A model generated the notes under the pieces. It had not been told where the DNA came from and made no database searches. It was given only the letters and a program-made list of their open reading frames with translations. A program made the translations under genes and the position numbers. Source: Chloroflexota bacterium (GTDB lineage: Bacteria; Chloroflexota; Dehalococcoidia; DSTF01; RBG-16-68-14). Taken from it: a stretch of DNA of 64,000 bases. The DNA lies in the NCBI GenBank assembly GCA_029262675.1, contig JAJCYW010000021.1, positions 130,146-194,145 of the forward strand, in the 5' to 3' direction. Positions within the stretch are counted from its first letter, which is position 1. Each line of letters starts with the position of its first letter. Shown here one piece after another: positions 38,495-47,989 of this stretch.

Positions 38495-39628
38495 GTGAGA
38501 AGCGCAGCGGTCTGCTGCGCCTCTTGTATACTGCGCGAGTCCGCTGGAGTCGACCATCGGATAATCGAAAGGGTAGGAACTATAGCGACTGCACTAAGAG
38601 CCTGGCGAATCAATGATGAGGCCGGCCTAGAGGAGATCCCCGAGGCACCCCCTCAGGAATCAGGACTGCTAGAGCAACAACTGGAGGACTGGCTTGTCTC
38701 CAATCCTGACGTCATTCAGGACGATTTGTTGGTGATTGGCCGCCAAGTTCGGACACCATCTGGCCCGTTGGACATTCTGTGTGTTGACGCCGACGGGAAG
38801 GCGGTTGTCGTAGAGCTGAAGCGCGACTTGACGCCTCGGCAGACGGTTGCTCAGGCAATCGACTATGCTTCTTGGATCGCTATGCAGTCTCCGGAGAGCA
38901 TCGAAGTTCTAGCCAACGAATATTTGAAACGCCCGCTGGATGCGACATTCCGAGAGAGATTCGGTACCGAACTTTCAGAGCTCCAAATTACTCAACCTAC
39001 GATCCTAGTCGTGGCCGCGCGCCTTGATTCCGCAACGGAACGCATGATTGAGTTTCTCTCAGATCAGTATGGTGTGGACATCAACGGGTTGACGTTCAGA
39101 TTCATCAAGCTTCCAAGTACAAGTAGTGATAAGGAGCTTCTTGTTAGAGCATCGGTCCTGTCTGAAGACCGAGACACACCACGTCGGACAGACAAGAGGA
39201 TGAATCCCGATCAGCTAATCACAATGGCCCAAGAGAGAAACGTCCTTCCGCTGGTAGCTAGGCTGCGCGAACTCGCTAACGTACTGCAAGAGCAGCCGCG
39301 TAAGACGTACGGTGGTTCATTCCGGTATTTTCAGAATGGACGCATGGTATGCGGCGTTAACGTCGCGGGACGCTGGAATGCCCCGCACGGAAGTCTCGAT
39401 GTCTGGTTCGTACGAGCAAACATGGGCCAAGCCGCCGGTATGACGCAAGAGTCGCTGGTTGAGCAGCTCGGGTCACAGTTCGATTTCGTGCCGGAATTCA
39501 ACTCAGTGTATCAGGCCGCGATAAGATTGAATTCAGAACCTGAAGCGGATTCATGCGTTTCTCTGATTCGCCGGTGGCTCGAAGTCGGGGCCCAATTACC
39601 GCCGGAGGGCGACGGCGACGGCGCATAG
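38495..39628 (+). CDS. NucS/DUF91-like PD-(D/E)XK nuclease-domain protein with a C-terminal domain of unknown function, in a visibly low-GC segment
   Basis: LDILCVDADGKAVVVELKRD matches the NucS/DUF91 nuclease core. GC drops sharply at about 38540. GTG 38495 is the only canonical in-frame start. Confidence 0.5.
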   Translation: MRSAAVCCASCILRESAGVDHRIIERVGTIATALRAWRINDEAGLEEIPEAPPQESGLLEQQLEDWLVSNPDVIQDDLLVIGRQVRTPSGPLDILCVDADGKAVVVELKRDLTPRQTVAQAIDYASWIAMQSPESIEVLANEYLKRPLDATFRERFGTELSELQITQPTILVVAARLDSATERMIEFLSDQYGVDINGLTFRFIKLPSTSSDKELLVRASVLSEDRDTPRRTDKRMNPDQLITMAQERNVLPLVARLRELANVLQEQPRKTYGGSFRYFQNGRMVCGVNVAGRWNAPHGSLDVWFVRANMGQAAGMTQESLVEQLGSQFDFVPEFNSVYQAAIRLNSEPEADSCVSLIRRWLEVGAQLPPEGDGDGA

Positions 39629-39691
39629 ACAGCCTGTCGTATACTAGTGGCGTTGGCTTAATCCTGAGGAGACACACAAGGAGGTGTGATC

Positions 39692-39913
39692 ATGGCTGAA
39701 ACAGTGAAGGACCTGGTCTGCGATATGGACATCGACCCGGAGACGGCGGCCGGGAAGTCCGAGTACAAGGGCGAGACGTACCACTTCTGCTCCGGGGGCT
39801 GTAAGGTCGACTTCGACGGCGACCCGGAGAAGTACATCGGCGGCCACCGCGACCCGATGCCGGAGGCAGAAGGCGGCGAGCCGGCGAAGCCTTGGTGGCA
39901 GTTCTGGAAGTAA
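39692..39913 (+). CDS. YHS/TRASH-domain metal-binding protein
   Basis: CDMDIDPE...YHFCSGGC YHS motif, with an AAGGAGG RBS 7 nt upstream of the ATG. Confidence 0.6.
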   Translation: MAETVKDLVCDMDIDPETAAGKSEYKGETYHFCSGGCKVDFDGDPEKYIGGHRDPMPEAEGGEPAKPWWQFWK

Positions 39914-40041
39914 CATCGGCCGCACTTGCGGCCGGTGTTACCCTGAGCTGCCCGCCACAGGCGGGCTTGTCGAAGGGTCTGGCTCCGAGGACGTTGTAGG
40001 GGCGCATCGCGACGCGCCCGCGCCCTGGCAAACAAGACAAT

Positions 40042-40584
40042 ATGGCTGACAAGCAGGACATCCGAGCACTCATCGAGAAGATGGCCGAGGAGCGCGGCAA
40101 GCTGCTGGCGCTCGTCGAAGCGCTGAACGAGTCGGAGGCCGAGCAAGCACCCGCGGACGCCGAGGGCGAGGCCCAGTGGTCGGCCAAGCAGCAATGCGCG
40201 CACCTGACGGAGATGGAGTCGGCCTACCGCGCCTGGGTCGAGCGCGCGCTGGCAGAGGACAGCCCGGACGTCACCGGCGTCCGCGGCGAACAGGTCGCGA
40301 TTCCTCTCGAAGAGGCCCATCAGCATCCCGTCTCGGACCTGGTGGCGGAGATGCGTCGCCAGCGCGAGCTGACGCAGTCGCTGATCGACGGCCTGACGCC
40401 GGAGCAGTACGACCGCACAGCGACGCAGCCCATCTTCGGCACGCTAACCGTGATGCAGTGGCTGCGCTCGTACTACCGCCACGACAGGATGCACCAGGCC
40501 CAGATCGCGGGCCGCGAGGCCAACTACGTGCCGCGGTTCAGCGGCGGCAGCGAGCCGGACCAGCGTCGCACGCGACTGCAATGA
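40042..40584 (+). CDS. DinB/YfiT-like (DinB_2) four-helix-bundle metal-dependent protein
   Basis: Conserved His positions (HLTEMESAY, HQHP, YYRHDRMHQAQI). Confidence 0.5.
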   Translation: MADKQDIRALIEKMAEERGKLLALVEALNESEAEQAPADAEGEAQWSAKQQCAHLTEMESAYRAWVERALAEDSPDVTGVRGEQVAIPLEEAHQHPVSDLVAEMRRQRELTQSLIDGLTPEQYDRTATQPIFGTLTVMQWLRSYYRHDRMHQAQIAGREANYVPRFSGGSEPDQRRTRLQ

Positions 40585-40609
40585 ACCCGCATCCATCCCG
40601 CGCGGCCTG

Positions 40610-41611
40610 ATGCTGGCCCGCATCATGGGCAAATCGCGTCCGCGCGTGTACGTCACGCGCACGCTTCCCGGCGCTGCGCTCGAAACGCTGCGAGCGCGCG
40701 CCGATGCCGACGTGTGGCAAGGCGAAGAGCCGCCGCCGCGCGCCGAACTCGCCTCGGCACTGCAAACCGCAGACGGCCTCGTCTGCCTGCTGACGGACGT
40801 GATAGACGCCGAACTGCTGGCGGACGCGCCGCGGCTGCGCGTCGTCAGCACGATGGCCGTCGGCTACGACAACATCGACGTCGACGCGGCGACGCGGCTG
40901 GGCGTCGCCGTCGCGAACACGCCCGGCGTCCTGACAGAGACCACGGCCGACTTCGCGTTCGCGCTGCTGTTATCGGCGGCGCGGCGCCTGCCGGAGGGCG
41001 AACGCACCGTACGGGAGGGGCTCTGGACGACGTGGAGCCCGGCGTTCCTGCTGGGCCGCGATATCCACGGCGCGACGCTCGGCATCGTCGGCCTCGGCGC
41101 TATCGGCCGGGCGGTGGCCCGCCGCGCGCGCGGATTCGGCATGGACGTGCTCTACCATAGCCGCGGCCGGAACGCAGAGGCCGAAGAGGAGTTAGGGTGC
41201 CGCCCGGCCGACTTCGACGCGCTGCTTTCCTCGTCGGACTTCGTCAGCGTCCACCTGCCGCTGACGCCGGAGACGCGCCACATGTTCGACGACGACGCGT
41301 TCGCTCGGATGAAACCGACGGCCATCTTCGTCAACACCGCCCGGGGCCCCGTCGTCGACGAGGCGGCGCTGCTGCGCGCGCTCGCGACGAAGCGCATCGC
41401 CGGGGCCGCGATCGACGTCGCGGAAGTGGAGCCGATGGCCAAGTTCGACCCCCTGCTCCGCTTGCCGAACCTGCTGGTGACGCCCCACATCGCCTCCGCC
41501 AGCGTGGCGACGCGGTCGCGGATGGCGGAGATGGCAGTGGAGCACGCGCTGCAGGCGATGGCCGGTGAACGTCCTTCTCACTGCGTAAATACACAGGTTT
41601 TCGACGCCTGA
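40610..41611 (+). CDS. D-isomer-specific 2-hydroxyacid dehydrogenase (second paralog in window)
   Basis: GIVGLGAIGRAV and PHIASAS...R motifs. Confidence 0.8.
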   Translation: MLARIMGKSRPRVYVTRTLPGAALETLRARADADVWQGEEPPPRAELASALQTADGLVCLLTDVIDAELLADAPRLRVVSTMAVGYDNIDVDAATRLGVAVANTPGVLTETTADFAFALLLSAARRLPEGERTVREGLWTTWSPAFLLGRDIHGATLGIVGLGAIGRAVARRARGFGMDVLYHSRGRNAEAEEELGCRPADFDALLSSSDFVSVHLPLTPETRHMFDDDAFARMKPTAIFVNTARGPVVDEAALLRALATKRIAGAAIDVAEVEPMAKFDPLLRLPNLLVTPHIASASVATRSRMAEMAVEHALQAMAGERPSHCVNTQVFDA

Positions 41612-41646
41612 CCGAAGCTAACAGCAGACGCGGAGCGAAACACGTA

Positions 41647-41675
41647 TTGACAATTCCTCGTCACAGGAGTATTGT
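41647..41675 (+). promoter_or_regulatory. Near-consensus sigma70-type promoter (TTGACA-N17-TATTGT) about 300 nt upstream of pyrE
   Basis: ttgacaattcctcgtcacaggagTATTGT. Confidence 0.35.
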
Positions 41676-41973
41676 CTCCGTAGAGACACCCGTCAGTACG
41701 TGGGGCAGTCCGAAAGGAGGCTCACATTGAAGGTTTGCACTCGGGTTCTCTGGGGAGTGTGGCAAGTCGATGGGTAACGCCCTGCCGGATGACGGCAGGG
41801 CTCGCGGACCCGCCGGGCACCACACTTGTGCTGTAAACGGAACGTGCACGTGATGCGCTTCCAGGCCTGTGGGACTTTCCCACCAGTGGGGCCGGCGATC
41901 GAATAGTCCAGAAACTCTAGGGCTTTCCCATGGATGGGAAAGCCCTTCACTCATGCGAGGCAGGACGCCGCCC

Positions 41974-42639
41974 ATGGTCGAAGGCGACGAGATCCAGGAC
42001 AGCAGCAACCTCTGGCTGGCGGATACCCTTTGGGAGTTGGGCGCCGTCCAGTTCGGCAGCTTTACGCTGGGCCGCACGACCGTCGACTCCCCCGTCTACG
42101 TCAACCTTCGGCTGCTGATCGGCCACCCGCTGGCGCTGACGCGCGTCGCCGATGTGATCCACGCCGAGATCCGCGCGCTCCTGCGGATGCTCCACCCCCA
42201 GGTCGAACCGTTTTCGCTCGTCGCCGGAGTCCCGTTCGGCGGTCTCCACATCGCGACCGCCTTCTCGCTCTGTGCGCAACTTCCCATGATCTACCTGCAC
42301 CCGCGGCCGGACGATTTGGGCAGCGACATCGAAGGACTCTATCACCCCAATCAGCGGGCGCTGATTATGGACGACCTATTGGCCGGCGGCGGCAGCATCC
42401 TGGAGACCGCGCTCCAACTGGGCGAATCCGGGCTGATGGTGCGCGACGCGGTGGTGCTGCTGGACCGCCAGCAAGGCGGCCGCGAGCGGCTGGAGCGCCA
42501 GGGCGTGCATCTTGTATCGCTGCTGACGCTTGAGGTGCTCATGAACCGCCTCCGCTTCACCAAGAAGATCCGGGACGAGGACTACCAAAAGACGATGGAG
42601 TTCCTGCGCACACACGGCCACCTGGACAGCGACACCTAA
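41974..42639 (+). CDS. pyrE: Orotate phosphoribosyltransferase
   Basis: PRPP-binding loop IMDDLLAGGGS and GAVQFGSFTLGRTTVDSPVYVN. The start is at MVEGDE; the track's 41869 start adds translated repeat sequence. Confidence 0.85.
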   Translation: MVEGDEIQDSSNLWLADTLWELGAVQFGSFTLGRTTVDSPVYVNLRLLIGHPLALTRVADVIHAEIRALLRMLHPQVEPFSLVAGVPFGGLHIATAFSLCAQLPMIYLHPRPDDLGSDIEGLYHPNQRALIMDDLLAGGGSILETALQLGESGLMVRDAVVLLDRQQGGRERLERQGVHLVSLLTLEVLMNRLRFTKKIRDEDYQKTMEFLRTHGHLDSDT

Positions 42640-42736
42640 CCCCCCTACTCCCATCGCATCTAATGACCGCTTGACCGAGCCAGATGCTGCTGGTACGTTG
42701 CGACCAATAAGGCTTAGTGTTAAGGGAGGTAACCAA

Positions 42737-43561
42737 ATGACCCGATTCATGCGACTGCTATTGGTAACCGCAGCGCTCCTGGCAGCGTCGCTCGTGGTCG
42801 CCTGCAGCAGCGACAGTGACGACAATGGCGATAACGGCGGCTCTGACGGCCAGCCCGATGCTACCGAGCCGGCGGACGGCGACAACGGCGACAACGGTGA
42901 CGGTGGTGACGACGGCAATGGCAGCTCGGACGGCGATGGGGGCGACATCACCGGCGAGCTTCGCGACCTTGCCGACCGGTTCGGCGACCAGGAATTCAAG
43001 ATCGAATTCAACTACTCGAGCTCGACGGGTGGCGTCGTCGACGACGAAGGCACGATGACGCTGTACTGGAAGCCTCCGGACGGATGGCGAATGGACATCG
43101 GTAGCGACAGTGGCGATGCCACTATGATTACGCAGGGCGGGACATCGTATATCTGCAGCGCTGATGGCGGCGAGGCCCAATGCTTCGAGTCGCCTGTCGC
43201 GTCCGATTCCGGGGTCCCGTTCCTGAGCCTATTCACGGACCCCAACGCGCTCACCGCGCAGATCGACAGCACGATCTCCGGCGGCGACGTCGACGTTAAC
43301 CGGTCCAGCCGCAACATCGCCGGAGTGGACGCGACGTGCTACGAATATTCCGGCACCATCGACGGTGAGGCCGGTGAGGCCGAGTACTGCTTCGGAGACA
43401 ACGGCATGCTGCTGGCCTTAGTCGGCGCGGAGTCGGACGCTGGTTCCACCAGCGCATTCTCTCTGGAGGCAACAAACGTCTCGACGTCAGTTTCGTCGAG
43501 CGACCTGGAACCCCCCTACCCGATTCTGGATCTAGGCGACCTGGGCGACCTGATTCCGTAA
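42737..43561 (+). CDS. Hypothetical acidic lipoprotein (Gly/Asp-rich linker)
   Basis: AAGGGAGGT RBS, signal plus lipobox LVVACSS. Confidence 0.45.
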   Translation: MTRFMRLLLVTAALLAASLVVACSSDSDDNGDNGGSDGQPDATEPADGDNGDNGDGGDDGNGSSDGDGGDITGELRDLADRFGDQEFKIEFNYSSSTGGVVDDEGTMTLYWKPPDGWRMDIGSDSGDATMITQGGTSYICSADGGEAQCFESPVASDSGVPFLSLFTDPNALTAQIDSTISGGDVDVNRSSRNIAGVDATCYEYSGTIDGEAGEAEYCFGDNGMLLALVGAESDAGSTSAFSLEATNVSTSVSSSDLEPPYPILDLGDLGDLIP

Positions 43562-43641
43562 GTCGGCTACAAACGCGGATCTACGAAGAGAGGCCGGGTG
43601 ATATCACCCGGCCTCTCTGTATCTCCTATGTCAGGTTTCGA

Positions 43642-43857
43642 CTAGAGCAGCCTGCGGATCGGCTTGCGGCCAGGACGAGGGTCGTAGTTGGCCTGGAACA
43701 TCTCCAGCTTGTCGCGTTCGATCAGGTACTTACCGGCGAAGAGGATGGCCGGCACCTTCTTCTGCTTGATCAGCCGGCGAAGACTCTGTGGGTGGATTCG
43801 CAAGATACGGGCCGCCTCCACGAGATCCAAATAGTTATCGAACGGAGTCGCGGACAT
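43642..43857 (-). CDS. Excisionase-family/MerR-like helix-turn-helix DNA-binding protein (BldC-like small regulator)
   Basis: LDLVEAARILRIHPQSLRRLIKQKKVPAILFAGKYLIERDKLEMF. The start is chosen at MSATPF; an AT-rich stretch lies upstream. Confidence 0.5.
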   Translation of the reverse strand: MSATPFDNYLDLVEAARILRIHPQSLRRLIKQKKVPAILFAGKYLIERDKLEMFQANYDPRPGRKPIRRLL

Positions 43858-44032
43858 ACCTTCCCCCTGCCTTATAGTTGATAACATGTGTACATGAATA
43901 TACCACACCGGCCCGCCAATAACCAAGCGATTCAGCCGTTACGTTCAGCGGGTGGCTCGTAGCAGCTTCGGTTAGCACCGCCGCGAAGCTGCGTACAACG
44001 TTTCGTCAAGTTGAAGGGCGCCGACGGCGTCC

Positions 44033-44821
44033 TTACTGCGAAGCGGGCGGATCCTCCCATAACCCACGCTCGCGTAGCAGCGGCCGGCTGTAGAAGTGCT
44101 GGCCGGCGAGCGGTTTCGCCTCGTCGCTGCAGAGGTAGATGACTGCCTTGCCCATCGCATCCGGGTGCTCGACGTAGGGCCCGGCCGGCACCTGCTCCGG
44201 CAGCCGGTGGTACATCGTTCCCGGCGTGACCACGAGTCCTTCGGGTGACAGCGCGAAGACGCGGATATCGTGCTCCTTCACCTCCTCGGCCAGGCCTTCG
44301 CTGAGTTGCCGGAGCGCGTGCTTGGTGACCTTGTAGGAGATGTTTCCGCCGCCGCCCTGGTCCGCCGCTATCGATGAGATGTTGATGACCACACCGCCCT
44401 CGCCGCGTTCGATCATGTGCGGCAGCACGGCCCGGCAGCAGGCAACGGCGCCGCGCACGTTAACGCGGTTCACCAAGTCCCAACGCTTGAGCGGCGTCTC
44501 CCAGAGCTTGCCCGGGCCCATGACCCCGGCGTTGTTGATCAGGATGTCGATCCGGCCGAACTCGCCGATGGTCGTCTGCACCGCGGCGTCGATACTCGCT
44601 TCGTCCGTCACGTCCGTGCGAATGGCCAACGCCCGCACACCCAGCGCCTCGATCTCTCCGACGGTGGCGTGAATCGTGCCTGGCAGTTTGGGATCGGCAT
44701 CGGCCTCTGTCCGCGCCGCGACGACGATGTGACAGCCCTCAGCCGCCAGCGCGAGCGCCATGTTCTTGCCCAGACCGCGACTGGCGCCGGTGATGAACGC
44801 GACCTTGTCCCTGAGCTCCAT
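44033..44821 (-). CDS. SDR family oxidoreductase
   Basis: TGASRGLG, NNAG, and a YxxxK (YKVTK) region. The start is at MELRDK. Confidence 0.8.
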   Translation of the reverse strand: MELRDKVAFITGASRGLGKNMALALAAEGCHIVVAARTEADADPKLPGTIHATVGEIEALGVRALAIRTDVTDEASIDAAVQTTIGEFGRIDILINNAGVMGPGKLWETPLKRWDLVNRVNVRGAVACCRAVLPHMIERGEGGVVINISSIAADQGGGGNISYKVTKHALRQLSEGLAEEVKEHDIRVFALSPEGLVVTPGTMYHRLPEQVPAGPYVEHPDAMGKAVIYLCSDEAKPLAGQHFYSRPLLRERGLWEDPPASQ

Positions 44822-45218
44822 CTCGTCCCCCTTTTGGCTCTGCCCCTGCGGCGTATGTTCAGCGTTTAACGCCCACTGGTCTCCGGCCGAACACCCTGCG
44901 TATCGTGCCGCCTGAAGCCCGCATCTGTCAAATCTGGATGCGCCGCCACACTGTTTTCTAGATCGCGCCACACTCTCGTCGAGCGTGACGCACGTGACTA
45001 GCTGCGCGGTGTAGTGGAATACACCGGTAAGAATCGGCGTACCGAAACAACGGCCCACGCTGACGCCGCGTTGATCGCGCCGTGAGGCCGGTGCTAGACT
45101 GCCGATAGATACAAAGATCGAGACTCCGCAATTCGGGTTTCCGCCCGACCTCGTGGGTGCGGCGGCTGCAGTACCGGACTGCTAACGGCCGGACGGCGAC
45201 GAACAAGAAAGGCATCAT

Positions 45219-46193
45219 ATGAAAGCCACAGTAGTAGGCAGCTATCCGAAGATTCCCAATCGGCCGCGGCCGGCGCGGCTACGCAACGCGATCAGCAAAC
45301 TGGACCGCGGCGAGATCGCAAAAGCCGAGCTGGCGCAGGTAGCCGACGAAGTCACAATCGAAGTCCTGGAGGAACAGGCGCAGGCCGGACTAGACCTGGT
45401 TACGGACGGTCATATCCGATGGGAGGACGAGCAGACGTATCTTGCCCGCCAGCTGACGGGCATCAGCATCAACGGCCTGATCCGCTGGTTCGACACCAAC
45501 ATGTACTTTCGCCAGCCCGTCATTGAGGGCGACGTGACCTGGCAGCGCCCGATTACAGTGCGCGACTATGCATTCGCTGTGGAGCACAGCGCGAAGCCCG
45601 TGAAGCCGGTGCTGACAGGCCCCTACACGCTCGCCCGCCTGTCGATCGACAACCACTACAACAACAACGAGGCGCTCGCGCTGGCGTTCGCCGAGGCGCT
45701 GAACCGCGAGGCGAAAGCCCTGCAAGAGGCCGGCGCGACGCTGATCCAGTTCAACGAGCCGGCGATCCTCAAGCAGAAAGACGACATCGCCAGCTTCGCC
45801 AAGATCTGCGAGCGGCTGGTCGACGGGCTGACGGCCGAGACGTCGCTCTACCTCTACTTCGGCGATGTCGAGGGCATCTACGCCGAGATCCAGCAGTTGC
45901 CGTTCGACTTGATCGGTCTCGATCTCGTGATGGGCGCTGCCAACGCGGAGTTGCTCGCTGGCGCCACGTTCAAGAAGAAGCTCGGCCTCGGTATCATCGA
46001 CGCGCGTAATACACGGCTGGAAACGCCCGATCAGATCGCGAAGCAGATTCGCAGACTAAGCGACGGCATCGACCCCGACAGCGTCCACGTCAGCCCCAGC
46101 GCCGGCCTGGAGTTCCTCCCGCGCGAGGTGGCGCAGGAGAAGCTGCGGCTGCTGGCAGAGGGCGTCCGCAAGGCAGAGGGAGTACTGGTATGA
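45219..46193 (+). CDS. MetE-like (cobalamin-independent methionine synthase/UroD-like barrel) protein lacking zinc ligands, N-domain-like
   Basis: MKATVVGSYPKIP layout is homologous to the next gene, but His/Cys/Glu/Cys zinc sites are replaced (YLYFGD, SPSAGL). Confidence 0.55.
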   Translation: MKATVVGSYPKIPNRPRPARLRNAISKLDRGEIAKAELAQVADEVTIEVLEEQAQAGLDLVTDGHIRWEDEQTYLARQLTGISINGLIRWFDTNMYFRQPVIEGDVTWQRPITVRDYAFAVEHSAKPVKPVLTGPYTLARLSIDNHYNNNEALALAFAEALNREAKALQEAGATLIQFNEPAILKQKDDIASFAKICERLVDGLTAETSLYLYFGDVEGIYAEIQQLPFDLIGLDLVMGAANAELLAGATFKKKLGLGIIDARNTRLETPDQIAKQIRRLSDGIDPDSVHVSPSAGLEFLPREVAQEKLRLLAEGVRKAEGVLV

Positions 46194-47170
46194 CCAAGGG
46201 CCTGATCACCACCACCGTCGGCAGCTTCCCAAAGCCGCCGTACCTACAGCAGGCGCGCAATCGTTTCGCCGCGGGCAAGCTGCCACGCGAGGAGCTAGAC
46301 GAGCTAGAGCTGCAAGCGACGCGTGAAGTAATCGCGTTGCAGGAAGAGATCGGCATCGACATCCTCGTCGACGGTGAGATGGCGCGCGGCGACATGGTCG
46401 TTTTCTTCGCCGAGCACCTGGAAGGCATGGAGGTCGGCGGGCTGGTGCGTTCCTACGGCAACCGCTACTACCACAAGCCGGTCGTAAAGGGCCCCGTCCG
46501 CTGGACGGAGCCGATGACGGTCGAGATGTGGAAGTACGCTCAGAGCCTGACCGACAAGCCCGTGAAGGGCATGCTGACCGGCCCCTACACCATGGTCGAG
46601 TGGTCGTTCCTGGAAGGCTACGACGACTTCCGCACCGCCGTGCTGGAGATGGCGCGCGCCGTCAACTACGAGGCGCTGGAGCTCAACCGCGCGGGCGCGA
46701 CCTTCATCCAGATCGACGAGCCGGCGCTCTCGACGCGCATGGAGGACATCGAGCTCGCGATCGAAGCGATGGCCATCGCGACGGAGGGGCTGACGGCCAC
46801 GACGGCGACCCACGTCTGCTACGGCGACTTCGTCTCCGCCTACCCACGCTTCTTCGACATGCCTGTGAAGCAGTTCGACATGGAGATGGCCAACAGCAGC
46901 CACGAGCTCGTCGACCTGTTGAAGACAAAGGGTTTCCCTGAGGACAAAGAGATCGCCTGGGGCGTCGTCGACGTCCACAGCCACAAGATCGAGTCCGTCG
47001 ACGACGTCGTTGCGGAGATCAAGCGCGGCCTGGAAGTGCTGCCACCGGAGCGACTTTACATCGACCCTGACTGCGGACTCAAGACGCGCACGTGGGACGA
47101 ATCGGCGGACAAGCTGCGCGTCATCGTCCGGGGTGTCGCGCAGGTCAAGAGCGAGCTCGGCATCGAGTAG
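46190..47170 (+). CDS. MetE-like short methionine synthase catalytic protein (zinc ligands present)
   Basis: TTVGSFPKPPYL, HVCYGDF, DPDCGLK. Overlaps the upstream gene (ATGA). Confidence 0.65.
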   Translation: MTKGLITTTVGSFPKPPYLQQARNRFAAGKLPREELDELELQATREVIALQEEIGIDILVDGEMARGDMVVFFAEHLEGMEVGGLVRSYGNRYYHKPVVKGPVRWTEPMTVEMWKYAQSLTDKPVKGMLTGPYTMVEWSFLEGYDDFRTAVLEMARAVNYEALELNRAGATFIQIDEPALSTRMEDIELAIEAMAIATEGLTATTATHVCYGDFVSAYPRFFDMPVKQFDMEMANSSHELVDLLKTKGFPEDKEIAWGVVDVHSHKIESVDDVVAEIKRGLEVLPPERLYIDPDCGLKTRTWDESADKLRVIVRGVAQVKSELGIE

Positions 47171-47182
47171 GGAGACCTCTGC

Positions 47183-47872
47183 ATGGACGTGGCCGGCGTA
47201 GATGGTTGCAAGGGCAGTTGGCTGTTGGTGCGCGCCGACGCGACTGACCGGCTGCGCGTCACGGACATCTCGATCATCCCCACCTTTCGAGAGCTAGTCG
47301 ACGCCACGGCCGACTGCGCCGCGGTCGCCATCGACATCCCTATCGGCCTGGCCGCGCACGAGCCGCGCGCAGCCGACGGCGAGGCGCGTAAGGCTATCGG
47401 CCCGCGAAGAAACAGCGTCTTTCCCGCGCCAATGCGGGCCGTTCTTGCCGCCCGCACGTACGAGGACGCCTGCGCGTTCTCGCTGGAAGCGTACGGCAAG
47501 AAGCTGTCGCAACAGGCGTTTGCCATCCTGCCCAAGATTCGGGAGGCCGACGAGGCGATGACACCCGCGCTGCAGGAGCGCATCCGCGAAGTACACCCTG
47601 AAGTCTGCTTCTGGGCGCTAAACGACTATCGAGCGTTGGACTACGCGAAACTGAAGGCCGATGGAGCTGCGGAACGCGCGGACATCCTAAAGCCAGCGTA
47701 CGCCGATGCTATTTCGTCCGTGAATCCGCCGCGCGGCGCAAAGCGCGACGACCTCTACGACGCCTGCGTAGCGGCCTGGACCGCAGGTCGCGTCGCGTAC
47801 GGCGCCGAGCAGACGCTGCCGGCAGGCCCGCCGCTGGACGAACGCGGACTGCGCATGGAGATCGTGTACTAA
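47183..47872 (+). CDS. DUF429 family protein (predicted RNase H-like fold)
   Basis: N-terminal MDVAGVDGCKGSW and overall length fit DUF429. Confidence 0.5.
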   Translation: MDVAGVDGCKGSWLLVRADATDRLRVTDISIIPTFRELVDATADCAAVAIDIPIGLAAHEPRAADGEARKAIGPRRNSVFPAPMRAVLAARTYEDACAFSLEAYGKKLSQQAFAILPKIREADEAMTPALQERIREVHPEVCFWALNDYRALDYAKLKADGAAERADILKPAYADAISSVNPPRGAKRDDLYDACVAAWTAGRVAYGAEQTLPAGPPLDERGLRMEIVY

Positions 47873-47989
47873 GCGGCAGTTTGCGATAGCCTTCTTCCGT
47901 ACCCTGGACACGGACGACCGACACGGCATCGGACGCTCCGGCCTGCGAGCGACCTGCGCCTCGGCGCGCGTTCCGGCGAGCCATAGGAG

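Noticed and set aside
41640-41960. Possible RNase P RNA, SRP RNA or tmRNA in the long pyrE upstream region
   Set aside because: Compared by eye with the conserved P4/GGAAAGUCCGG (RNase P), GGUGCUGUUUACC...GGAAGCAGCC (SRP) and tmRNA termini. Only a partial GUGCUGU match was found and no full signature. Kept as an unclassified structured leader.
43642-43926. Prophage or integrative element boundary suggested by an excisionase-family HTH protein
   Set aside because: No integrase, recombinase, transposase or att-like repeats are nearby. Small excisionase-family or BldC-like regulators are common stand-alone genes.
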